A stretch of DNA of 41,251 nt, taken from the NCBI GenBank assembly GCA_002715725.1, contig PAZU01000011.1, forward strand, positions 32,963 to 74,213, in the 5' to 3' direction. This DNA comes from Methanobacteriota archaeon. Its GTDB lineage: Archaea; Thermoplasmatota; Poseidoniia; Poseidoniales; Poseidoniaceae. A model generated the notes under the pieces. The model ran no database searches, was not told where the DNA came from, and was given only the letters and a program-made list of their open reading frames with translations. The translations under genes and the position numbers were made by a program. This document shows, piece after piece, positions 38,846 through 41,251 of this stretch; the first letter of the stretch is position 1; each line of letters begins with the position of its first letter.

Positions 38846-39709
38846 ATCAGCGACGATAAACAAAATCGGCTTGCAGCATTGCGCCAAAGGGTTCGCTCGA
38901 AGTTAATTGACTCTAGGATTGCTTCTCGTAAGAGAGAACAGCAGGCTGAAGGCGAAATAGTTGTTCAAGCACCACAATTAGAGGAAGTTGGATTTCTTGA
39001 ACTCAATGAACAGGAATTAACAGATGGGGAGAGACGCAGAAGGATTGCTTCTGCCCTAGTTATGATTGGAGCATTGATGGGAATATTATCTGGAACCTTA
39101 ATCTTACAAGGCAACCCATCAGGGTTACTAAATTCATCAATTTTCCAATCGACGGATTCTCTTGACATTCATGGTTTTGTCTTAGATGAAGCTGGAGAAC
39201 CTGTGGCAAATGTTTCTATCGAATTAGTCGACATTGATTCTGGTTCTGCAATAAAGCAAAATATTTTTTCAGATGAAAATGGTCGATATGTAATTGATGC
39301 AGTGTTAGTCCAAGAATACGAATTACATCTAGAGAAAACTGGATACGAAACTGTGATTTTATTGTTCGTTCCAGAACCTATTGGAATTTCACCCATAACT
39401 ATGGTTGCCGGAGATGGGGAGAGAGTAGTTGATGATTACACAAAGACTGAGGGATGGTCCCTAGATAATGCAGTGGCTCTGGCTACATTCGAAGGATTGT
39501 TCACACTAGGCTGTGCCCTAGTCGGTGTTCATGCTTCATTTGAAATCAAGAGAAAGAAGAGATATCGAAGGACTCAGGCCTTGTGTTGGGTCGGCTTATT
39601 TAGTCGAGGAATGATAATTTTCGGACCAACGTTAATTTTGGTTGGTATGATTTTGATTATGTTCAATAAAGAGGATTTCGCAGATCAACAGGTAGAGGAG
39701 GCATTGTGA
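38846..39709 (+). CDS. Membrane protein with carboxypeptidase-regulatory-like (prealbumin-fold) domain
   Basis: TM, then IHGFVLDEAGEPVANVSI...SDENGRYVI...YELHLEKTGY, then further TM helices. Start placed at ATC 38846 behind GGAGGTG; the track uses TTG 38879. Confidence 0.75.
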   Translation: MSDDKQNRLAALRQRVRSKLIDSRIASRKREQQAEGEIVVQAPQLEEVGFLELNEQELTDGERRRRIASALVMIGALMGILSGTLILQGNPSGLLNSSIFQSTDSLDIHGFVLDEAGEPVANVSIELVDIDSGSAIKQNIFSDENGRYVIDAVLVQEYELHLEKTGYETVILLFVPEPIGISPITMVAGDGERVVDDYTKTEGWSLDNAVALATFEGLFTLGCALVGVHASFEIKRKKRYRRTQALCWVGLFSRGMIIFGPTLILVGMILIMFNKEDFADQQVEEAL

Positions 39710-39710
39710 A

Positions 39711-41063
39711 ATGTACCTCATTACCGTCGAAGGCGGTGACGGTTCTGGAAAGGGCGAAGCTGTGAGAATTTTGGCTTCATTAGCGAACAGGTTAGCATTT
39801 CCAAATGTTCATGTTACCCACGAGCCCAGAAGGCATAGCGAATTAGGAAAACTAGCGCTCAGCGCAGTTAGTAAGGGGGAAAATACTCCGTTGGAAGAAG
39901 CGGGGCTATTTGCAGCGGATAGAGTCGATCATTCGCACACATGGATAAGGCCGCGTTTACTCAAAGGCGACCTTGTCATTTCTGATAGAAATATACATTC
40001 TAGTCTCGTTTACCAAGGCGTTGTTGGTGATTTAGGACTTGAACAGGTTGCAAAAATGAATGCTGCTGCAATGATTCCTGATTTGGTAATTTGGATCGAT
40101 TGCGACCCCAGTAAAGCGATGAAAAGAATAAATTCCGGCACACTGAGAATGGCTGGAGAAAAGCATGAATATTTCGAAACAACCGAAATACAAACTAAAA
40201 TTAGGGCAGGATTTAGTGGAATTTTATCGGGTGAAATCGAAACACCGCATCCATTCAGTAAGTGTTTAGTTATGGGCCCAGTTCTAAACGAAAGCGGCTT
40301 AGATGATTTGGAAAAACAACTATCTCAAGTCCTTAGCACATTCTTCAATCGTAGGCCTGACCCATTAAATGTCAGCCGTGATGAAGTAGACAGGCACCTT
40401 CTCAAAACGCTCTCTACCGGTGTTCAAACCCAACAAAGATTGCCTGGCGCCCCCGTACAACATGTATCATTGTTAGAAGATTGGCTGGATGGGAAATCTC
40501 CTTCACAATGGATGGAACTTGCAGAACAAGAATGGGACGAGGCTCGTGCCAAAGATTCAGATGTTCCTGCTAGGCCTATCGCTCACTCGTCATGGGCAAT
40601 TCTAGGAACATTATCACTAACTGATACAACCGATGTTCCCGCCTTGCACAAACAACTGGGCCCGGTTAGGTCTCTGACGAAGAGACATACTCAGAGGTTG
40701 GTGAAGTGGTTAGAACAAGAGAGGTGGATTCACCGTCAACAAAGCCATGTTCCTTTCGCTGAAGCTCAAATGTTCAAATTGAGAAATAGCCGACTAGGGT
40801 ACGGACGCTTGTGCTTGGCAATGTGGCCATTGAGAGCAGCTTTATCCAGTTGGCGAAGGGCTAATCCCGATGGAGAATGGGAAGATTCGTTGGCTGAAAT
40901 TATTCTTGAAACCGATGAGAAAAAGGTTCCACTTCAAATTCGTAAGGCTGTGCAAAATGTAATCCAAAGATTACATCTAATCTCTAGTGGTCATGCAGAA
41001 TGTCCTGTCCCTCAAAATGAAAAAGAGTTGTTGATTTGGTGGGCGACAGAGCCTCCAGAGTGA
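39711..41063 (+). CDS. tmk: Thymidylate kinase with long C-terminal extension
   Basis: ITVEGGDGSGK, THEP, LFAADR, VISDR, SSLVYQG, PDLVIWID in the first ~210 aa, followed by ~235 extra aa. Confidence 0.85.
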   Translation: MYLITVEGGDGSGKGEAVRILASLANRLAFPNVHVTHEPRRHSELGKLALSAVSKGENTPLEEAGLFAADRVDHSHTWIRPRLLKGDLVISDRNIHSSLVYQGVVGDLGLEQVAKMNAAAMIPDLVIWIDCDPSKAMKRINSGTLRMAGEKHEYFETTEIQTKIRAGFSGILSGEIETPHPFSKCLVMGPVLNESGLDDLEKQLSQVLSTFFNRRPDPLNVSRDEVDRHLLKTLSTGVQTQQRLPGAPVQHVSLLEDWLDGKSPSQWMELAEQEWDEARAKDSDVPARPIAHSSWAILGTLSLTDTTDVPALHKQLGPVRSLTKRHTQRLVKWLEQERWIHRQQSHVPFAEAQMFKLRNSRLGYGRLCLAMWPLRAALSSWRRANPDGEWEDSLAEIILETDEKKVPLQIRKAVQNVIQRLHLISSGHAECPVPQNEKELLIWWATEPPE

Positions 41064-41251
41064 TCACTCTTCTTCTGCCTTCATACTAAACCTGCTTCCA
41101 GAAGGAAGAACAACCTTCGAAGGGTCTAATCCGAAAAATGCTGGCCTTGCGCTAAAGGATGCGGCCATAAAAGCTCCAATGAGTGCCCCAAATGGCGTGC
41201 CTGTCAACAATCGCATGATAGCATTTGATTCATACGAGGTCAGCATCTGAG
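41064..41251 (-). CDS. C-terminal end of a DUF2085-like membrane protein (5' part outside window)
   Basis: QMLTSYESNAIMRLLTGTPFG resembles the DUF2085 Q....ES.N..RL.TG...G motif. Confidence 0.6.
   Translation of the reverse strand, partial: QMLTSYESNAIMRLLTGTPFGALIGAFMAASFSARPAFFGLDPSKVVLPSGSRFSMKAEEE

Overview
Gene-dense archaeal chromosomal segment (roughly 40% GC by eye), most likely from Marine Group II Euryarchaeota (Poseidoniales, Thermoplasmatota). The assignment rests on archaeal RPA, Hel308, Cgi121, geranylgeranyl reductase and a class III pilin occurring together with a bacterial-type gyrase (gyrB-gyrA) and large membrane-anchored PKD and M28 exoproteases. Gene order: partial aroA (missing from the ORF track), moaA, pilin, GGR, polyprenyl synthase, degenerate HemC homologue, helical orphan, triple-SAP protein, TadA/TadC/TadB-like pilus assembly genes, a small phage-tail-like protein, RPA pair, tldE-tldD, cgi121, hel308, two membrane proteins, SprT-like protease, thioesterase, AstE/AspA-family M14 enzyme, LeuA-like synthase, gyrA, gyrB, aroD, secreted proteins and peptidases, extended thymidylate kinase, partial DUF2085-like gene. 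I saw no tRNA, rRNA, CRISPR array or transposase. The most interesting signals are: (i) a co-oriented RPA / phage-tail-like / Tad cluster whose leader holds an unannotated 32-aa uORF and two mutually exclusive hairpins over the RPA ribosome-binding site; (ii) a triple-SAP protein divergent from a PspA/ESCRT-III-sized helical protein; (iii) a catalytically dead HemC; (iv) an FxxA-type insertion in Hel308; (v) a probable ATC start codon or readthrough junction; (vi) a recurring CCCC-ATA-GGGG palindrome. All family assignments come from manual motif recognition; no database searches were run.
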